From Candidatus Doudnabacteria bacterium RIFCSPHIGHO2_01_FULL_46_24 (lineage in GTDB: Bacteria; Patescibacteriota; Doudnabacteria; UBA920; O2-02-FULL-48-8), in contig MFEL01000007.1 of NCBI GenBank assembly GCA_001777575.1, forward strand, positions 1 to 42,329: a stretch of 42,329 nucleotides of DNA, read 5' to 3'. Shown here piece after piece: positions 37,537 to 42,329 of the stretch. The notes beneath the pieces were generated by a model. The model searched no databases. It was given only the letters and a program-made list of their open reading frames with translations, and was not told the origin of the DNA. The stretch's first letter is position 1, and the number at the start of each line of letters is the position of its first letter. The position numbers and the translations under genes were made by a program.

Positions 37537-39132
37537 ATGTCAAAAACAATTAGTATAAAATTGAAAAAGATCCAATACGTAGGCGACTCGATTGGTCAAG
37601 ATATCCATATTGAAATAAATATCTTAGGCCAAGTTTTTAGCATGGAGCAAACCATTAAACAGGGTTCAACAGTAGAACTAGATCGAATAATTGCGAAATT
37701 TCCTGCGGGAAATCAGGGCTTCAACGCAAAGATCAATATTAAAATCGTTGAAAAAGATTTTCTATTCAATGATGTCGGGAGCACCAGCGGAATGATCCAA
37801 GAGGGCCTGCTCAATCTCGAGGTTAAAGTCAGAGAATGGAAAAAGTTTTTCAGAAGATCAACGGCAATTTTTACGATTACATTTGAAGTTAAAGCTGTTG
37901 AATCAATGATCCTAAAACAGTATAGAGCCCCTAAGGCGAATCAGGATTATAACCGTTTTGACGACGAGATTATTATGGCTGTCAATCAATGGAACGGTCG
38001 TTTTGCGGCACAGCTCAATCCCCCACCTACTCTACTGGATCCAAATTTGGTTAAAGCCATTATTTATGTTGAAAGTGATATGGGCTATTATAAGTGCAAA
38101 GGATATTATCCAGGATACCCTGATGTCATGCAAGTTGCGGATCCTAGAAATTATGCAATATATGCTTTAAAAAATATTTTTAATCCTAAGCTAAACCGCA
38201 CTGCTACGGAGTACGAAGTCCTAAACGGTAAAACGGTGCCTCTTGAGTATCTTGAAGCTAATGCCGAAAAACCAGAAACAAGTATTTATTGGGGCGTTCG
38301 TTGGTTATATCATTTAGCGCAGTAAAACATCGAGCAGAATGGGATTTGGGTTCGCAACTGGAAAGATTGGAAAGATGCCGTTAAGAAATATAACGGAGGT
38401 GGTGACAAGGATTACCTGGAGAAGGTATACAATGCTTATGAACGAGGAGCGGGTGATAAAGGATCTAAACTATGGCAGATAATTGCGTTAATGGTGATTG
38501 GCGCTAGTCTTATTTACAGCATACCTGCTCATGATTTTTCTTTTGCTAAGACAAGTGGCAGGGTTACTGGAGAGATCAATCCGGGAAATAAAAATGCCGA
38601 AATTTTTGATGGATATTATCCGTTAAAACTGGCTTGGGAAAACTTTTCACCCACTGAATGCAATGCGTCTGACGATTTAGGGGATATTGATGAAATATTG
38701 AAGAACTGCACTTATACAGTTGGTACCAACTGGACCAGTATGTGGACTGTTAAGCTTAGTGAGGGATATTATGGTTTTACTCCGGAAGGATTTCATAATA
38801 ATAATGATTACGATGATGTTGGTCCCTGGCAGGTATCTTTTGAAAGAAGCGTTGAGGGTGATTTGGACAAGAACGGAAAAGATGACGCTGTGGTGATACT
38901 TCGCCTTAACTACGGCGGAAGCGGTAGTTGGTTAAATATGATTATTCTTATTCAGCTGGGCGATGGCTACTATGAGCAAACAGCAAACTATATGTTTGAA
39001 GACCGAGAAGTTATTAGAGGCTTGAGCGTTGATAACGGCATAATTACAGTTCGAATAATTGTAAAGGACGATAACGACTCATACTGTTGTCCTTCAGTTT
39101 ATGATACTTATCGGTTCAGAATTACAGACTAA
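37537..39132 (+). pseudogene. SLT/lysozyme-like domain plus TM plus C-terminal domain, split by one in-frame TAA (38323-38325)
   Basis: The frame continues past the stop (WKDAVKKYNGGG...YLEKV) directly into ORF 38491-39132; LVKAIIYVES, VMQV, SIYWGVRWL. Confidence 0.8.
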
Positions 39133-39283
39133 AATTTTCTTCCCAAAACCGAGAAGCTCGGAGTTGTGTGCAAGATTACGGGCCAGATAGAGATAATCAT
39201 CTGAAATTTTAGCATGCAGCCGAACCAATCCTTGTGCGGATGGCTTCTTTATTTTACACTTAAGCTTCTCCTAAGGAGGGTAG

Positions 39284-39865
39284 ATGGCCAGAAAAAAGAA
39301 GCGCACGGGCTTTGCCTTGATGTCCAGGGCTAAATTGCTGCGGGTAACCGCTCGGGGCGGCAGGCGGACTCAGAGAAAGTATAACTACAAGACCGGCTTT
39401 GCTGTGATGTCTAAAGCTATACTCAGGCGAGCCACGATCAAGGGCGGCAGGGCGACGCAAGCGAGGACCAACGGCCAGACAGGCTTCATGTTGTTGTCCA
39501 AGAAGCGGAAGCGGGAAGTCGCCCGCAAAGCCGGCAGAATCGCCTGGCAGAAAGGTCGGCTTCACAAATTCAGCGATGTGGAAAGGCGAGGCGGAAACCT
39601 CATGCGTGGGCAGTTTTTTCAGAAACTGGGACAGCCCTTGCCCGGAATCCCGACGAGATTGGTAGAACTTTGGGAAGCGGCGGAGCTGCTTGGACTGCAT
39701 GAAAATACGGTTGAGAAGCGGATCAAACAACGGCTGCTGCGGATGGAAAAGCCGCCAGGGTCCTTTCGACGCAAGGTTGCGGTTGAATCAATCAAAAAGC
39801 TTCGGACCAAAGCGCGCAAGCAATACGCTAAGTATTTGCGCCGCGCCCGAAAGAACATGGTGTAA
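39284..39865 (+). CDS. Highly basic protein with KGG/GsiB-like repeats and an excisionase-like HTH
   Basis: Three TGF..(M/L)S...R.....K/RG(G) repeats; EAAELLGLHENTVEKRIK; SD AAGGAGG. Confidence 0.75.
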   Translation: MARKKKRTGFALMSRAKLLRVTARGGRRTQRKYNYKTGFAVMSKAILRRATIKGGRATQARTNGQTGFMLLSKKRKREVARKAGRIAWQKGRLHKFSDVERRGGNLMRGQFFQKLGQPLPGIPTRLVELWEAAELLGLHENTVEKRIKQRLLRMEKPPGSFRRKVAVESIKKLRTKARKQYAKYLRRARKNMV

Positions 39866-39961
39866 AAGGCGGCCACAAGCCAGACTTGCGGCTTTTTTTG
39901 TTTTACTTTATTATGCCTGTAATTTGGCCAGCTGAGTTTGAACGATAAGGAGGAGTTGCAC

Positions 39962-40624
39962 ATGTCCGCAGCTTTGGAGCAAATCCGAATTGAGGCCGAG
40001 CGCCACCAGAAATTCGGTCCAGCATGGGCCTTGATGCGTGAGTTGAGAGTGATTCTCGATGGACACTTCTGGACCCACGACATGGGGCACACCGGCTACT
40101 ATTACACGACGCTTCCATTGTTTTTAACAGGCTCAATCTGGACGATCGTTCAGGAGCTGGCGGCAGCGATTGATGCGTCGGTTAAGCGGGAGATCACGGT
40201 CGTGGCAGGAGCGCAGTTCGGTGGCAACATCATCGCGCAAGGGCTCGTCAACCTGATTTCTGCCGCTGGGCCAGCCAGAACTATCCACTGCATCCATATC
40301 GAAAAGGAATTCGGGTTGGTCGGCAAAGATCTCGGGAAGACGAACTACGCCATTCGGGACTACTTTCGAGATTTTTTGTCAGGAACCAGAGTCTTGCTGG
40401 TTGATGACGTCAGGCGCAGCGGCAGAAACATGAAGCTGTTCGAAGCTCTGCTGAAGGACGCTAACGCCAGTGTCGTCGCAACAGCCAGCATCATTGACGC
40501 TTCCTTCGTCGAGCATCCCGGCAGGCACTTCAGCGTTTGGAAGGCTCCAGAGGGCGATCGCTATACTCCTGGCCCGCAAACATGCCCGATGTGCGCCAGC
40601 GGCACTCCGATCACCAAGTTCTAG
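39962..40624 (+). CDS. Type I phosphoribosyltransferase, PyrE-like, divergent
   Basis: GHF, VVAGAQFGG, RVLLVDDVRRSG, C-terminal CPMC; SD AAGGAGG before ATG 39962. Confidence 0.75.
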   Translation: MSAALEQIRIEAERHQKFGPAWALMRELRVILDGHFWTHDMGHTGYYYTTLPLFLTGSIWTIVQELAAAIDASVKREITVVAGAQFGGNIIAQGLVNLISAAGPARTIHCIHIEKEFGLVGKDLGKTNYAIRDYFRDFLSGTRVLLVDDVRRSGRNMKLFEALLKDANASVVATASIIDASFVEHPGRHFSVWKAPEGDRYTPGPQTCPMCASGTPITKF

Positions 40625-40670
40625 CGTCCGGAAACGCGGTTTCTGGACTTCTTTTTTTCCGACCTACCTC

Positions 40671-40699
40671 TTGACAGAGGATTTTTAAAAGGCTATAAT
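40671..40699 (+). promoter_or_regulatory. Consensus sigma70 promoter upstream of 23S rRNA
   Basis: TTGACA (40671-40676)-N17-TATAAT (40694-40699). Confidence 0.88.
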
Positions 40700-40711
40700 T
40701 GGCCTAATAGA

Positions 40712-40786
40712 ATGTTTAATAAGTTAATAGGCTTAACTTATATGGCTTACAGAATAAACTCTTTTATACGAAAGGCGGTTTCATAG
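40712..40786 (+). CDS. Candidate leader peptide (uORF) in the 23S leader
   Basis: MFNKLIGLTYMAYRINSFIRKAVS* (second in-frame ATG at 40742); the stop lies in the 5' arm of a long hairpin. Confidence 0.4.
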   Translation: MFNKLIGLTYMAYRINSFIRKAVS

Positions 40787-40820
40787 ACTAGCTGCATTTT
40801 TTGCGGTTAAGTTTAGGAGC

Positions 40821-40839
40821 CCGCCGAAAGGCGGTTTTT
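40821..40839 (+). terminator. Terminator-like hairpin inside the 23S leader
   Basis: CCGCC-GAAA-GGCGG-TTTTT, almost identical to the 16S terminator. Confidence 0.6.
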
Positions 40840-40918
40840 GATTGCTTCCAGAGTTTATTGCTCCACCGAATAATCTGATATAGGCGGTTCTTAAAGCGAG
40901 CAGTGTATTGTGGAAGTA

Positions 40919-40964
40919 ACCCCGACGGCCAGTCGGGGTAAACGGCTAGCAGCTTAACAATTTA
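40919..40964 (+). promoter_or_regulatory. boxB-like hairpin and boxA-like element
   Basis: ACCCCGAC-GGCCA-GTCGGGGT then GCAGCTTAACAATTTA (compare E. coli rrn GCTCTTTAACAATTTA). Confidence 0.5.
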
Positions 40965-41151
40965 GTTCAAAGTCATCTTTATAGTCCAGTGCTTCGCACT
41001 GTAAATTTTCAATGATCAAGTATCAATGATCAATTAATTTTCAAGAATCAATTTTCAATTGAAAATTGCGCGTAGCGCTGGAGAAACCAAGTCCTCGTCA
41101 TGTAAAACGGGGCAATAAGCAGTTAGTAACCACTAATTGCTAGTCAAAAAG

Positions 41152-42329
<1,178 letters not shown>

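Noticed and set aside
38323-38325. Stop-codon reassignment explaining the in-frame stop
   Set aside because: TAA, TAG and TGA all end well-conserved genes here (for example the cold-shock gene, pilC and pilB), so code 11 applies.

Overview
This looks like a 42-kb segment of a CPR (Patescibacteria)-type genome using code 11; the taxonomy is inferred from the rRNA intron and insertions and a type IV pilus locus without PilQ. It runs from the 3' end of a 16S rRNA gene (interrupted by a group I intron carrying a LAGLIDADG endonuclease) to the 5' part of a 23S rRNA gene. 16S, tRNA-Ile(GAU), tRNA-Ala(UGC) and 23S keep their ancestral order and strand, but about 40 kb of genes separate them. These include pilMNO-pilB-pilT-pilC-pilins-pilD, two large repeat adhesins with minor pilins, T-box-controlled trpBA, two CofE-like ligases, ligA, intact and decayed toxin-antitoxin modules and duplicated lipoprotein cassettes. 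Five signals stand out. (1) A uORF / anti-terminator / terminator leader between a consensus promoter and the stand-alone 23S gene, a candidate ribosome-sensing attenuator. (2) Both spacer tRNAs sit nested inside broken tRNA copies interrupted by CCTG-tailed palindromes with no target duplication. (3) A short-Stem-I Trp T-box riboswitch upstream of trpBA. (4) Heptamer repeats in pilin, adhesin and pilD genes. (5) Unannotated small genes, including a 29-aa Cys/His-rich peptide. All family calls come from reading motifs by eye; no searches were run.
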